NCBI RefSeq assembly: GCF_053078305.1
Contig: NZ_CP166879.1
Direction: 5' to 3' (one strand)
Length of the DNA: 64,000 nt
The position numbers and the translations under genes were made by a program. This document shows positions 31,679 to 43,635 of this stretch, in pieces. Numbering within the stretch: position 1 is the first letter of the stretch; every line of letters starts with the position of its first letter. Below the pieces are notes generated by a model. The model did not search any database. It worked only from the letters and a program-made list of their open reading frames with translations, and was not told the origin of the DNA.

Positions 31679-33340
31679 TTATTCTACGTTTTCGGCGACG
31701 GGAGTTGTTGAGGTTAAGGGTGAAGTCAATGCCGCCAGCGAGCCGCCTGAAACGCCAATTTCATTGAGCAAGGAGTCAATCAGCGGTGCCTGTGTGCGGT
31801 AAGAAAGGGCGGCAGACAATGCCTGCTCTGCAAGGTTTCCTCCACTAACGCTACCTGCGCTCGCATCACCCGCAGTACCACCACGATTCAGTCCATCGAC
31901 CTGAATGATCTTAATACCATCGATCGACTTCATCGGCTCAACGGATTTCTCAATTACCGCAGGCAGCGCCTGCAATAATGCCAGTTTGAATTTAAGGCTG
32001 GTTTGTTCATCAGAAAGTACGTTGATAGCATCGTTCAGCGCACGTTGTGCTTCTGCTTCCGCCAGACCTTTTTTACGCGTAGCTTCAGCTAACTCAACGA
32101 TCGCCGCCGCCTGCATCTCTGCGGCTTCTTTTTCTGCTTTTGCCCGCACGGTCAGTTCAACCGCTTTGGTTTCTGCATCCTGCGCGGCAGCGATTAGGGC
32201 AACTTGTTTAGCACGATCGGCTTCTGCGGTCTGGCGAGTGGTTTCAACGTTTTGTTGGGCGCTTACTGCTTCTGCGAGTGCAAGGTTAGCACGCGCTTCT
32301 GCCTGGGACTGTTGTTCCGATTTGGCGGCAATAGCGATCGATTTCGTCTGGTTAGCGATTTCGGTGACCTGCTGCTGTTCGATCTCTTTAATGCGAACTT
32401 CACGTTCAGCTTCAACTTTTCTTGAGCGGACGGCCTGTTCGCGGTCGATTTCTGTTTCCTGAATCTGTCGTTCAGCCAGAATTCGCGTCTGCTCTGCTTC
32501 ACGACGACGTTCAGCTTCAAAAGCCGCAATTTTCGCATTCTGCTCAGCGGTACGGGTTTTAACCTGCTGCTCCTGCTCAAGCGTCATAAACGCTTCTTGT
32601 TGTTCAATCTCCAACTTGCGCGAAAGTGCATCACGGTTTTTCTCACGCACCGCAACTTCTACATCCTGTTCAACTTCGTTACGCTCGCGGCGACGGCGCT
32701 CCGTCTCCTGAGTCAGTTTGGTTAAACCTTCGGCGTCAAAGGCATTGTTCGGATTGAAATGTTCTTTCGAGGTCTGGTTAAAGTTGGTAAGTGAAACGCT
32801 TTCCAGTTCCAGGCCGTTTTTCGACAGATCTTCAGCTACGGTATTTTGTACTCCCTGCACGAAGTTCTCGCGGGTATCCTGTAACTCATGCATGGTCATT
32901 TGCGCAGCTGTTGCACGGAGGGCATCGACAAATTTATCTTCAACCAACATACGTAAGTCTTCAGGCGACAGGGTGCGTTGCCCCAGCGTCTGGGCAGCGG
33001 TGGCAATCCCTTCTACTGAAGGTTTTACCCGCACAAAGAAAGCGACTACTACATCGACGCGCATACGATCTTTCGTAATCAGGCTATCAATGGTTGAGCG
33101 GCTGACTTCCAGCTTCAGAGTATTCATATTGATGGGGATTATTTCATGAAAGATCGGCATCACGATTGCGCCACCGCTCATTACCACTTTTTGCCCACCT
33201 AAACCAGTACGAACAAAAGCTTGCTCTGCCGAAGCGCGACGATAGAGCCTGGCGAAAATAATTCCAATAATAAACAGAATGCATACGGCAATAATCGCGG
33301 TAAACATCCAGGAGGGCACAGAATTAACAATATCATCCAT
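31679..33340 (-). CDS. yqiK: Flotillin-family (SPFH/band 7) inner membrane protein
   Basis: 553-aa ORF, N-terminal TM, SPFH domain and long coiled-coil rich in E/A/Q. Confidence 0.9.
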   Translation of the reverse strand: MDDIVNSVPSWMFTAIIAVCILFIIGIIFARLYRRASAEQAFVRTGLGGQKVVMSGGAIVMPIFHEIIPINMNTLKLEVSRSTIDSLITKDRMRVDVVVAFFVRVKPSVEGIATAAQTLGQRTLSPEDLRMLVEDKFVDALRATAAQMTMHELQDTRENFVQGVQNTVAEDLSKNGLELESVSLTNFNQTSKEHFNPNNAFDAEGLTKLTQETERRRRERNEVEQDVEVAVREKNRDALSRKLEIEQQEAFMTLEQEQQVKTRTAEQNAKIAAFEAERRREAEQTRILAERQIQETEIDREQAVRSRKVEAEREVRIKEIEQQQVTEIANQTKSIAIAAKSEQQSQAEARANLALAEAVSAQQNVETTRQTAEADRAKQVALIAAAQDAETKAVELTVRAKAEKEAAEMQAAAIVELAEATRKKGLAEAEAQRALNDAINVLSDEQTSLKFKLALLQALPAVIEKSVEPMKSIDGIKIIQVDGLNRGGTAGDASAGSVSGGNLAEQALSAALSYRTQAPLIDSLLNEIGVSGGSLAALTSPLTSTTPVAENVE

Positions 33341-33366
33341 TATTAAATTTCCTTTTGATTAATAAA

Positions 33367-33996
33367 TTACAATATTTGGGGCCAGGGATTGTTTTCCGCC
33401 AAATATCGCGTTGCAGAAAGTCGGCAAATAATTAACACTTTGTCTCCTTTAGTGAAAATTTTTCCTTCTTCAGGCTCCAGTAGTAAATAATGTATTTGGC
33501 CAAATTGATCGGTGAGTTTTCCTTCGCAGGGATTACCTGAAGTGGCTTGATGACCGGTAATTAATGCCATGCTACCAATATATTCTTCTTCTGTAATAGC
33601 TGAACTATGGTCGCGTGGAATCCAGGGCGCAACTATTTTACCGGTATAATGCACCGCAATAATCGTAAACAGTAAACTGACAGGAACCACGAACAGGTTC
33701 GACAGTGGTGATTGCCAGACCATGATGCAGGCATGCTGCAACAGGATGCCAATAAGACCAAAAAAACCAGCCAGCAAGCAGAGAACGACGAGAGCTGGCA
33801 ATCTTCCGATATTGAGATAATGAAGTGCCTGGCTAATATGACCTGTGGTTATGGAATCATAATGGTCAAGATGTGCATCAAGAGCACCGGAGAGCATGTG
33901 ACCGCAGATAAGCGCAAAAATTTCTAAAAGGCCGATCAACAGTACAAAGGAAATAGCGAAAAGATAAGGGGTATTATAGTCGGCGAATAAAATCAT
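33367..33996 (-). CDS. yqiJ: NfeD-like inner membrane protein, partner of YqiK
   Basis: 209-aa ORF with N-terminal TM helices and C-terminal OB-like domain. Confidence 0.85.
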
Positions 33997-34264
33997 ATGT
34001 CACTCCAATGTCCATTTAGTGACGCAATATTTACTTTGGGATAGTTTCCTTGCTTACATTTATCTTTGTTAATAATAACACATGTTAGAGAAGTTCTGGA
34101 AGAGAAAGTCTTTTAATATGGTTTTTTATTTTTCACTAAAAAGTGTGATCGAGGACAATATATTTACGCACGTTATGTTTAAAGGCACTACACTGATTGG
34201 GGAATACTGAAATCAGAAAAAGCATATGGCCTTAAAAGGTATGCGATAACCGGAGGATGTGCTT

Positions 34265-34465
34265 ATGGATCATAGTCTTAATTCTTTAAATAATTTCGAT
34301 TTCCTGGCGCGTAGTTTTGCCAGAATGCACGCAGAAGGTCGCCCGGTCGATATTCTGGCCGTTACTGGTAACATGGATGAAGAACATAGAACCTGGTTTT
34401 GCGCACGTTATGCCTGGTATTGCCAACAGATGATGCAAACCAGAGAACTTGAATTAGAACACTGA
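34265..34465 (+). CDS. glgS: Surface composition regulator GlgS
   Basis: 66 aa from [16 protein letters not shown]; SD GGAGG 7 nt upstream. Confidence 0.9.
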
Positions 34466-34470
34466 TATTA

Positions 34471-34491
34471 CGGGCCGTCTGGCCCGTTTTT
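34471..34491. terminator. Hairpin terminator between glgS and ubiK
   Basis: CGGGCC-GTCT-GGCCCG followed by TTTTT. Confidence 0.6.
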
Positions 34492-34499
34492 GTGTTGCT

Positions 34500-34799
34500 T
34501 TATTCTGCTTTATCAATAGGCGGGATAGCCGGAGGAGATTGAAGATCTGCTACCGAATTATTGCGCGCTTCCAGTTCACTGATGCGCTGCTCCAGTAACG
34601 CCAGTTTTTCACGAGTCCGTAACAGGACTTGCGTCTGTACGTCGAATTCTTCGCGGCTCACCAGATCGAGACGCGTCAGCTGCGCTTGTAGGGTTTGGCG
34701 GATTTTTTTCTCCACATCTTCCCCGAACTCCCTGATTCCTTTAGGCATTGATTCGTGAACCTGGCGAGCGATTTGCTCAATTTTTTTCGGGTCAATCAT
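34500..34799 (-). CDS. ubiK: Ubiquinone biosynthesis accessory factor UbiK (YqiC); start trimmed to MIDPKK
   Basis: Coiled-coil small protein; internal ATG at 34799 preferred over ORF-track start 34859. Confidence 0.75.
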   Translation of the reverse strand: MIDPKKIEQIARQVHESMPKGIREFGEDVEKKIRQTLQAQLTRLDLVSREEFDVQTQVLLRTREKLALLEQRISELEARNNSVADLQSPPAIPPIDKAE

Positions 34800-34920
34800 T
34801 GTAGTTTCCCTGTACTGATAGGTGTTGAGTGCCATTGTAGTGCGATAAGGGTAAGTCATAAACCAGAATTATGTGAAGCTATGCGTTGCTGCCGCTAATC
34901 ATTAGCGTTATAGTGAATCC

Positions 34921-35174
34921 GCTTATTCTCAGGGCGGGGCGAAATTCCCCACCGGCGGTAAATCAACTCAGTTGAAAGCCCGCGAGCGCTTTGGGTGCGA
35001 ACTCAAAGGACAGCAGATCCGGTGTAATTCCGGGGCCGACGGTTAGAGTCCGGATGGGAGAGAGTAACGATTCTGTCGGGCATGGACCCGCTCACGTTAT
35101 TTTGGCTATATGCCGCCACTCCTAAGACTGCCCTGATTCTGGTAACCATAATTTTAGTGAGGTTTTTTTTTACC
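34921..35174 (+). ncRNA. FMN riboswitch (RFN element) leader of ribB
   Basis: Conserved aptamer AGGGCGGGGCGAAATTCCCCACCGGCGGTAAATCAACTCAGTTGAAAGCCCGCGAGCGCTTTGGGTGCGAACTCAAAGGACAGCAGATCCGGTGTAATTCCGGGGCCGACGGTTAGAGTCCGGATGGGAGAGAGTAACG upstream of ribB. Confidence 0.85.
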
Positions 35175-35828
35175 ATGAATCAGACGCTACTTTCCTCTTT
35201 TGGTACGCCTTTCGAACGTGTTGAAAATGCACTGGCTGCGCTGCGTGAAGGACGCGGTGTAATGGTGCTTGATGATGAAGACCGTGAAAACGAAGGTGAT
35301 ATGATCTTCCCGGCAGAAACCATGACTGTTGAGCAGATGGCGCTGACCATTCGCCACGGTAGCGGTATTGTTTGCCTGTGCATTACTGAAGATCGCCGTA
35401 AACAACTCGATCTGCCAATGATGGTAGAAAATAACACCAGCGCCTATGGCACCGGTTTTACCGTGACCATTGAAGCGGCTGAAGGTGTGACTACCGGTGT
35501 TTCTGCCGCTGACCGTATTACGACCGTTCGCGCAGCGATTGCCGATGGCGCAAAACCTTCTGATCTGAATCGCCCGGGCCACGTTTTCCCACTTCGCGCG
35601 CAGGCAGGTGGAGTACTGACGCGTGGCGGTCATACTGAAGCGACTATTGATCTGATGACGCTGGCAGGCTTTAAACCGGCTGGTGTGCTGTGTGAGCTGA
35701 CTAATGACGATGGCACGATGGCGCGTGCACCAGAGTGTATTGAGTTTGCCAATAAACACAACATGGCGCTCGTGACTATTGAAGACCTGGTGGCATACCG
35801 TCAGGCACATGAGCGTAAAGCCAGCTGA
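35175..35828 (+). CDS. ribB: 3,4-dihydroxy-2-butanone 4-phosphate synthase (start trimmed to MNQTLLSSF; ORF track starts 35082)
   Basis: 217 aa from ATG at 35175. Confidence 0.95.
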   Translation: MNQTLLSSFGTPFERVENALAALREGRGVMVLDDEDRENEGDMIFPAETMTVEQMALTIRHGSGIVCLCITEDRRKQLDLPMMVENNTSAYGTGFTVTIEAAEGVTTGVSAADRITTVRAAIADGAKPSDLNRPGHVFPLRAQAGGVLTRGGHTEATIDLMTLAGFKPAGVLCELTNDDGTMARAPECIEFANKHNMALVTIEDLVAYRQAHERKAS

Positions 35829-35863
35829 AAACCGCTGCTTAATTTACTGCCTTAATCAAGAAA

Positions 35864-35895
35864 CCGAAGTTGTAGCAGGCTTCGGTTTTTATTTT
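35864..35895 (+). terminator. Rho-independent terminator of ribB
   Basis: CCGAAG...CTTCGG hairpin followed by TTTTT. Confidence 0.7.
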
Positions 35896-36089
35896 TCCCT
35901 GCTATGCAAGATGTTAATTCCGCTTCTCTTTCTATGAGAAAATTTCATTAATATCAGGCATTCTTTTTCATTATGATCAAAATCATATAATTGTTCCGTT
36001 ATTATGCGACCATATGAATATATCCGAAAAAGGATATGTGAAATTTATGCGCTAAATGTTTAGTATTGTTAAATATTAAGGGTAAAAGG

Positions 36090-36260
36090 ATGTTTATCGC
36101 CTGGTACTGGATTGTATTGATTGTTCTGGTTGTGGTGGGTTATTTCCTGCATTTGAAACGTTATTGTCGGGCATTTCGCCAGGACAGAGACGCACTGCTT
36201 GAAGCGCGGAACAAATACTTAAACAGTACGAGAGAAGAGACAGCCGAAAAGGTAGAATAA
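36090..36260 (+). CDS. Small membrane protein (single N-terminal TM helix), function unknown
   Basis: 56 aa from ATG with SD AAGG; ORF track begins at upstream TTG 36066. Confidence 0.5.
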   Translation: MFIAWYWIVLIVLVVVGYFLHLKRYCRAFRQDRDALLEARNKYLNSTREETAEKVE

Positions 36261-36317
36261 GGCTTTAGTGAAACTAGCAGAAGTTGTCCATGCGCTGGAC
36301 AACTTCTGATGTTGCTT

Positions 36318-37091
36318 TTAACCAATTCCCGCCGTTTGTAGCAGCACTAAACTGAATCCCATCACTGACATTCCACATAGTACGCCATAGCTGGGGTTAT
36401 TATTAGGGTCAATCTCTTTGGCGAGCGGCATTAATTCATCAACCGAGAGCGCCACCATAATTCCTGCAACCGCCGCCATGATTGCCGCCATGACCACGGG
36501 GGAAATCATGCTACCGAGGATTAACCACGCCAGCACACCACCAAGAATTTCTGCCAATCCAGAAATCCCCGCCCACAGAATTGCCGTGCGTTTAGAACCC
36601 GTTGCTGCATAAACCGGGCCTGCAACCGCCAGACCTTCAGGAATATTGTGCAACGCGACGGCCAGTGCGATGCCAAATCCCAGCTCCAGGTTGCTGCTTG
36701 CCGTGACAAAGGTGGCAATCCCTTCCGGGAAGTTATGCAGACTGATGCCGAGAGTGAGCAGAATGGCTGTGCGCTTGATCGATTTTGGCAACGGCTGCAC
36801 CGATTTTTGCATTAAATCCTGCGGATGCGCATGTGGCAACATGCGGTCCAGGCCAAAATAGCCAAGCAGACCGAAGATAAACATTCCATAACCCAACACA
36901 GGCGACATTCCTTCAGCTGCTAGTGCGGCAGGAAGCATTTCCATTAATGAGATGAGCAACATGATCCCCGCCGCAAATCCTAGCGAAAACGCCAGTAAGC
37001 GGTTCGAGGGTTTTTGCCCGAGAACGCCGAGAAACGCGCCAATAAACGTGGCTGCCCCCGCCAGTATGGTCAGAATGAGAGGTACTGACAT
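36318..37091 (-). CDS. zupT: Zinc transporter ZupT (ZIP family); start trimmed to [10 protein letters not shown]
   Basis: 257 aa from internal ATG; ZIP-family membrane protein. Confidence 0.9.
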
Positions 37092-37206
37092 CGACAACTC
37101 CTTATAAATCTTCACCTTCAGGCAGATCGTCAAAATAACTGATGATCATCATCATTGTTATCCGGGTTCTTACTCCGCCGAACAAGCGTATTGTGAGGAT
37201 ATCAAA

Positions 37207-38022
37207 ATGACACCTTTAGTTAAGGATATCATCATGTCTTCAACACGTATGCCAGCATTGTTTTTAGGTCACGGTAGTCCGATGAACGTGCTGGAAGATA
37301 ATTTGTATACCCGCAGCTGGCAGACGTTAGGGATGACATTGCCACGCCCGCAAGCGATTGTGGTAGTTTCGGCTCACTGGTTTACCCGTGGAACAGGAGT
37401 GACCGCGATGGAGACGCCGCCCACGATTCATGACTTTGGTGGCTTCCCGCAGGCGCTGTACGATACGCATTATCCTGCTCCGGGTTCGCCTGCGCTGGCA
37501 CAGCATCTGGTTGAGCTGTTAGCGCCGGTCCCGGTGACGCTGGATAAAGAAGCCTGGGGCTTTGACCACGGTTCCTGGGGCGTGCTGATTAAGATGTATC
37601 CTGACGCGGATATCCCGATGGTGCAGTTGAGTATCGATAGTAGCAAACCTGCCGCCTGGCATTTCGAAATGGGGCGAAAACTCGCGGCGCTGCGTGATGA
37701 AGGAATAATGTTGGTCGCCAGCGGCAACGTGGTGCATAACCTGCGTACAGTGAAGTGGCACGGTGATAGTTCACCGTATCCGTGGGCGACGTCGTTTAAT
37801 GAGTATGTGAAAGCGAATCTGACGTGGCAAGGGCCAGTAGAGCAGCATCCTCTGGTGAATTATCTCGACCATGAAGGTGGCGCGTTATCGAACCCAACGC
37901 CAGAGCACTATCTGCCGTTGTTGTATGTGTTAGGTGCGTGGGATGGGCAGGAGCCAATTACCATTCCGGTCGATGGTATAGAAATGGGCAGTTTAAGTAT
38001 GCTGTCGGTGCAGATAGGCTAA
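37207..38022 (+). CDS. ygiD: 4,5-DOPA dioxygenase extradiol-like protein
   Basis: 271-aa ORF (true start may be the internal MSSTRMPALF); extradiol dioxygenase class III fold. Confidence 0.85.
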   Translation: MTPLVKDIIMSSTRMPALFLGHGSPMNVLEDNLYTRSWQTLGMTLPRPQAIVVVSAHWFTRGTGVTAMETPPTIHDFGGFPQALYDTHYPAPGSPALAQHLVELLAPVPVTLDKEAWGFDHGSWGVLIKMYPDADIPMVQLSIDSSKPAAWHFEMGRKLAALRDEGIMLVASGNVVHNLRTVKWHGDSSPYPWATSFNEYVKANLTWQGPVEQHPLVNYLDHEGGALSNPTPEHYLPLLYVLGAWDGQEPITIPVDGIEMGSLSMLSVQIG

Positions 38023-38059
38023 CAATTACCGGATGGCGAATGCCATCCGGCATCATTGA

Positions 38060-39220
38060 TTATTCAACAAAAATATGTGGATAAAACCGAGACATATCCT
38101 GGGTGATCAATGCACGGTCTTCACGAATGCCAATTCCGGCGGGTTGATCGTTCACCAGCCAGCTACCAATCAGCATATAGCTGTCGCCGAATTTCGGTAA
38201 CGGGTGGAATTGCTGAACAATCATCCCTTCTTCGCCATACGGACCTTCCGCTGCTTCAATGGTTTTGCCGTTCTCAATGATCGACACGTTTGCGCCTTCA
38301 CGGGAGAAGATCGGTTTAACCACATATTTTTCCATTTGCGGATGATCATCTTCCGCAAAATAAGCGGGCAGCAGGTTCGGGTGATTCGGGAACATCTCCC
38401 ACAGTAGCGGTAGAAGTGCCTTGTTGGAGATAATGCTCTTCCACGCCGGTTCCAGCCAGCGTACGCCTGCATCCTCCAGCTTGGTGGAAAACATCTCACG
38501 CAACATAAATTCCCACGGATACAGCTTGAACAGGTTGGAAATTACCTGATCCTGTAAATCCGTGAACTGACCTTTTTCACCTAACCCGATATCGTCAATG
38601 TAGAGGAACTCGGTAGCGATTTCAGCTTCCGTCGCGCAGTCCTGCAAATACTGAATGGTACCGCGATCTTCCACCGTGTCGCGACAGCAGGTGAGATGCA
38701 GCAACTGGAAGCCATACTGTTCACGCAGCTCAACGAAGCGATCGATCAGTTTTTCTTGCAGACTGTTAAACTGGTCGCTGCCCTCCGGCAAGTTACCGGC
38801 GTTAAGCTGATCTTCCAGCCAGATCCACTGAAAGAACGCCGCCTCGTATAGTGACGTTGGCGTATCGGCGTTATTTTCCAGAAGTTTAGGTTCGCCAGTG
38901 CCATCCCACGCCAGATCAAGACGCGAATAAAGCGATGGCTGGTGCGTCAGCCATGACTGGCGCACAAAACTCCAGGTGTGTTTTGGTATGCGGAATTTGG
39001 TCATCAGCTCATCGCTGGCGATCACTTTTTCCACCACTTTCAGGCACATCTGGTGCAGTTTGGCGGTGACTTCTTCCAGCTTTTCAACCTGGGCGAGGGT
39101 CAACTTGTAGTAAGCATCTTCACACCAGTACGGCTCGCCGTACATGGTGTGAAAATTGAAACCGTATTCGTGGGCTTTCTCACGCCAGTCCGGGCGCTCG
39201 GTAATACTGACTCTTTCCAT
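38060..39220 (-). CDS. ygiC: Glutathionylspermidine synthase-like ATP-grasp protein
   Basis: 386-aa ORF matching E. coli YgiC. Confidence 0.9.
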   Translation of the reverse strand: MERVSITERPDWREKAHEYGFNFHTMYGEPYWCEDAYYKLTLAQVEKLEEVTAKLHQMCLKVVEKVIASDELMTKFRIPKHTWSFVRQSWLTHQPSLYSRLDLAWDGTGEPKLLENNADTPTSLYEAAFFQWIWLEDQLNAGNLPEGSDQFNSLQEKLIDRFVELREQYGFQLLHLTCCRDTVEDRGTIQYLQDCATEAEIATEFLYIDDIGLGEKGQFTDLQDQVISNLFKLYPWEFMLREMFSTKLEDAGVRWLEPAWKSIISNKALLPLLWEMFPNHPNLLPAYFAEDDHPQMEKYVVKPIFSREGANVSIIENGKTIEAAEGPYGEEGMIVQQFHPLPKFGDSYMLIGSWLVNDQPAGIGIREDRALITQDMSRFYPHIFVE

Positions 39221-39225
39221 CGGTA

Positions 39226-39897
39226 TCAGCCACCCATTGAACGAGAAGAGGTACCGGTTGCGCTACGCTGCATAGTGCTTTGTTTGGCAACAGATTCACC
39301 AAAACCGCCACGGGTAACGGTAGTGGTGGTCGCCGGTTTTGGTGCCATGGCTGTCTTCGGTACGGTCATGGTGCGGCCTGGCTGGGCTGCGCCATAGTTT
39401 TTACCCGTCGCGTCGGTATATTTACCGTAAGCCGGGCTGGCTGGGTTTTTCGAGGAGAACAGCGGCTGCTGTGCAAATCCCGCACCGCCGCCCATCAGAC
39501 GACCCATCATGTAACCGGCCATCAGCGGCATCCAGAAACTCCCGCTGGATTGCTGGGCCTGCGCCTGGTTTTCTGGTGCCATGCCAGCCTGGGCTGGTGC
39601 CTGCTGGCACTGACCTTCACCAAATTCAGCAACACAGTCTTCACGGGTGGCGTATTTCGGCGCAGTACGTTCGGCTTCTTTCAGCGCATTGTTGTACGCG
39701 GTGGTACATTCGGCGCTTTTGCCTGGGTTTGCAGCTGAACAGTCGTCAGCATTTTGATAGAGAGACACTGTTTCATCACTCTTTTCACAGCCAGCCAGCA
39801 TAAAAACAGTGGCAACTGCGAGAGCGACTGGTGTCAGATGGCGTGCGCTCCAGTTTTTGCGGAACGATGCGTGGCGTATGGATTTTGTCCGTTTCAT
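39226..39897 (-). CDS. ygiB: DUF1190 lipoprotein YgiB; start trimmed to [10 protein letters not shown]
   Basis: 223 aa from internal ATG; lipobox ...LAGC. Confidence 0.85.
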
Positions 39898-40044
39898 TTT
39901 TGTCTTCCGGGACCAGTGGTAAATACCCATCAGAATAGAGGATGGCTGGTCGAAATTGAAGCGAGAAGGGGGAAGAATGCGGCAGATAACCCGTATCTTT
40001 ACGTTGCCTTACGTTCAGACGGGGCCGAAGCCCCGTCGTCGTCA

Positions 40045-41526
40045 TCAGTTACGGAAAGGGTTATGACCGTTACTGGTGGTAGTGCGTGCGGATGTTTGCT
40101 GAACGACGGGTGCAGGGCTATCAGGCGCATAACCATCAGCAATAGCATTCTGTTCCGGCGTTTGCGGGGCAACGTTTTCCGGATTAGTGGAAACCGGTTT
40201 GCTCAGCGCATTGTTCAGTGCCAGCAGATCCTGCTCGTTCAATGTACCCAGGGCTGACTTAATATTCAGCTGATTAATCAGGTAGTTATAACGCGCATTC
40301 GCCAGCTCTTGCTTGGCGTTGTACAGCGTGGTGGTCGCATCCAACACATCAACAATGGTACGCGTACCGACCGAGTAGCCCGCTTCCATCGCGTCTAATG
40401 AGCTTTGGGCGGAAACCACGGCTTGTTTGTAGGCGTTAATACTACTGATAGAAGCATTAATGTTGTTGAAGGAGGAACGTACGGTTTGCACGACGCTACG
40501 ATGCGCGCTTTCCAGTTGCTCGCTGGCACCAACAAAGTTGTACTGGGCCTGTTTCACCTGCGAGTTAACCATTCCGCCCTGATAAATCGGCAGCGAGAAG
40601 CTCAGGCCAACTTTGTTCTGGCCCATATTGCTATCGTCATACTGGGTACCAGCGGCACCACGGGTTTTCGAACCGCTATAAGAGGTGTCAGAAATCCCGG
40701 TAGAAGCCGTTAAATCCAGAGTCGGTAAGTGACCATCCTGCGCCTGGCGAATTTGCTCGCGCGCCAGGTCCTGGCTCAAGCGTGCCTGTAACAGCGACAG
40801 GTTGCGTTTTTCGGCTTCTTTCAGCAGCGCGTTAACCGGCTGTGGTTTGTCGGTTTTAAAGTTTTCGACATTCAGCGCCGCCAGTTCCGGATAGTAGTTA
40901 CCGGTGATCTGGCGCAGCTGCTCTACCGCGTTATCAAGGTTATTACGTGCGGTCACTTCGTTCGCCAGCACGGTATCGTACTGCGCGCGGGCGTTCTGCA
41001 CGTCGGTGATCGCTACCAGGCCCACGTTAAAACGTTGGGTGGTTTGATCTAATTGACGGTAGATCGCTTCTTTTTGCGCCTGTGTATAGGAAAGAACGTC
41101 AATAGCATTCAACACGTTGAAATAAGCGGTCGCGGTGTTGAGGATCAAGGTTTGCTGATCGGTCTGATACGTGACGTCCTGAATCCCTGCTGCTTTTTCC
41201 TGCAGCGTTAACGCACGCCATTTCGACATATCAAAAATGGATTGAGTTAACTGCAGGGACGCACTGGTCGCGTTAGAGTTGATGCCGTTCGCGTCGCGGT
41301 AGCCGTTGCTATAGGTGTAATCTGCACCTAAACCAAGCTGTGGCAGTAATGGACTGCGCGCTTCATTAATTTTTTCAAAGGCAGCATCACGATCGGCGGC
41401 AGACTTACGCAATTCCGGGTTACTAAGGCGTGCTTGCTGATAAACTTGCATCAGGTTCTCGGCCTGGCTCAACGAACTGAACCCAGAAAGGCTCAGGCCG
41501 ATAAGAATGGGGAGCAATTTCTTCAT
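40045..41526 (-). CDS. tolC: Outer membrane efflux channel TolC; start trimmed to MKKLLPILIGLSLSGF
   Basis: 493 aa precursor with signal peptide; ORF track begins 13 codons upstream. Confidence 0.95.
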   Translation of the reverse strand: MKKLLPILIGLSLSGFSSLSQAENLMQVYQQARLSNPELRKSAADRDAAFEKINEARSPLLPQLGLGADYTYSNGYRDANGINSNATSASLQLTQSIFDMSKWRALTLQEKAAGIQDVTYQTDQQTLILNTATAYFNVLNAIDVLSYTQAQKEAIYRQLDQTTQRFNVGLVAITDVQNARAQYDTVLANEVTARNNLDNAVEQLRQITGNYYPELAALNVENFKTDKPQPVNALLKEAEKRNLSLLQARLSQDLAREQIRQAQDGHLPTLDLTASTGISDTSYSGSKTRGAAGTQYDDSNMGQNKVGLSFSLPIYQGGMVNSQVKQAQYNFVGASEQLESAHRSVVQTVRSSFNNINASISSINAYKQAVVSAQSSLDAMEAGYSVGTRTIVDVLDATTTLYNAKQELANARYNYLINQLNIKSALGTLNEQDLLALNNALSKPVSTNPENVAPQTPEQNAIADGYAPDSPAPVVQQTSARTTTSNGHNPFRN

Positions 41527-41730
41527 TTGCATTCCTTGTGGTGAAGCAGTATTTAGCGCGATCAAACTGTAAAATTATTGCGGATTCTAGCAGAAGCCGC
41601 TACCGCAAAAGGTTGGCGTTACGTGCCATAGGGCGTTAATGTGCCTCAATTTAACACATGACTGCTCAAACGGCAGTCAAACGTCGCTGAAATTCACATT
41701 TAATTCACTATTAGTGCCAGGACATTAACA

Positions 41731-42360
41731 ATGCTTAAGCCAGACAACCTGCCCGTTACATTTGGCAAAAACGATGTAGAAATTATTGCACGAGAAACAC
41801 TTTATCGCGGCTTTTTTTCATTAGATCTTTATAGATTTCGTCATCGTCTATTCAACGGGCAAATGAGTCATGAGGTACGGCGGGAAATTTTTGAGCGCGG
41901 TCACGCCGCAGTCTTGCTACCCTTTGACCCAGTGCGTGATGAAGTTGTGCTGATTGAGCAGATTCGAATTGCCGCGTACGACACTAGCGAAACCCCCTGG
42001 CTACTGGAGATGGTTGCCGGGATGATTGAAGAGGGTGAAAGTGTGGAAGATGTTGCCCGTCGCGAAGCGATTGAAGAGGCGGGGCTGATAGTCAAACGGA
42101 CCAAACCGGTGTTAAGTTTCCTGGCAAGCCCGGGGGGCACCAGTGAGCGTTCGTCAATTATGGTGGGCGAAGTGGACGCCACGACCGCAAGCGGTATTCA
42201 CGGTCTGGCTGATGAAAACGAAGATATTCGCGTTCATGTGGTAAGCCGGGAACAGGCATACCAGTGGGTAGAAGAGGGGAAAATCGACAACGCAGCGTCG
42301 GTCATCGCTTTGCAATGGCTGCAGCTGCATCATCAAGCGTTAAAAAATGAGTGGGCATAA
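41731..42360 (+). CDS. nudF: ADP-ribose pyrophosphatase (Nudix)
   Basis: 209-aa ORF with Nudix box. Confidence 0.9.
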
Positions 42361-42783
42361 ATGAAGCGTTACACACCTGACTTTCCTGAAATGATGCGCC
42401 TGTGCGAGATGAACTTTTCACAATTGCGCCGTTTGTTACCGCGCAATGACGCACCCGGCGAAACTGTAAGCTATCAGGTGGCAAACGCACAATATCGGCT
42501 GACGATTGTGGAATCGACCCGATACACTACCCTGGTGACAATAGAACAGACTGCGCCCGCGATCAGTTACTGGAGCCTTCCGTCAATGACGGTGCGTCTG
42601 TATCATGACGCGATGGTGGCTGAAGTGTGTTCAAGCCAGCAGATTTTTCGCTTCAAAGCGCGGTATGATTATCCTAATAAAAAGTTGCATCAACGCGACG
42701 AAAAGCATCAAATTAACCAGTTTTTAGCGGACTGGTTGCGATACTGTTTAGCACATGGAGCGATGGCGATTCCGGTTTACTAG
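42361..42783 (+). CDS. yqiB: DUF1249 protein YqiB
   Basis: 140-aa ORF immediately after nudF. Confidence 0.85.
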
Positions 42784-42807
42784 CGTCGTGAAACCTAAGG
42801 ACACCAT

Positions 42808-43635
42808 TTGGAAAGCCTGTTAACCCTTCCTCTGGCTGGTGAGGCCAGAGTCAGGATTTTACAAATTACCGATACTCACCTGTTTGCACAAAAGCACGAA
42901 GCCCTCTTAGGGGTAAACACCTGGGAAAGCTACCAGGCGGTGCTGGAGGCGATTCGTCCACACCAGCACGAATTCGACCTGATTGTCGCGACAGGTGATT
43001 TAGCGCAGGATCAATCCTCTGCGGCCTATCAGCATTTCGCTGAAGGCATCGCAAGTTTTCGTGCGCCCTGCGTCTGGCTGCCGGGCAACCACGATTTCCA
43101 GCCCGCGATGTACAGCGCGTTACAGGATGCGGGTATCTCCCCGGCGAAGCGGGTGTTTATTGGTGAGCAATGGCAAATCCTGTTGCTGGATAGCCAGGTG
43201 TTTGGCGTGCCGCACGGTGAGCTAAGCGAGTTTCAGCTTGAGTGGCTGGAACGTAAACTGGCTGATGCGCCAGAGCGCCATACGTTGCTGCTGCTGCATC
43301 ATCATCCGCTACCTGCGGGTTGTAGTTGGCTTGATCAACACAGCCTGCGTAACGCGGGCGAACTGGATACCGTGCTGGCGAAGTTTCCGCACGTCAAATA
43401 CTTGCTGTGCGGTCATATTCATCAGGAGCTGGATCTCGACTGGAACGGTCGCCGCCTGCTGGCAACGCCGTCGACCTGTGTGCAGTTTAAGCCGCACTGT
43501 TCCAACTTTACGCTGGATACTATCGCGCCCGGCTGGCGTACTCTCGAGTTACATGCTGATGGCACGCTGACCACCGAGGTGCATCGCCTGGCGGACACAC
43601 GTTTCCAACCTGATACCGCTTCAGAAGGCTACTGA
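42808..43635 (+). CDS. cpdA: 3',5'-cyclic AMP phosphodiesterase
   Basis: 275-aa metallophosphoesterase (GDLAQD, GNHD motifs). Confidence 0.9.
   Translation: MESLLTLPLAGEARVRILQITDTHLFAQKHEALLGVNTWESYQAVLEAIRPHQHEFDLIVATGDLAQDQSSAAYQHFAEGIASFRAPCVWLPGNHDFQPAMYSALQDAGISPAKRVFIGEQWQILLLDSQVFGVPHGELSEFQLEWLERKLADAPERHTLLLLHHHPLPAGCSWLDQHSLRNAGELDTVLAKFPHVKYLLCGHIHQELDLDWNGRRLLATPSTCVQFKPHCSNFTLDTIAPGWRTLELHADGTLTTEVHRLADTRFQPDTASEGY

Noticed and set aside
35082-35174. N-terminal extension of ribB ORF
   Set aside because: Overlaps the FMN riboswitch expression platform; true start is the ATG at 35175
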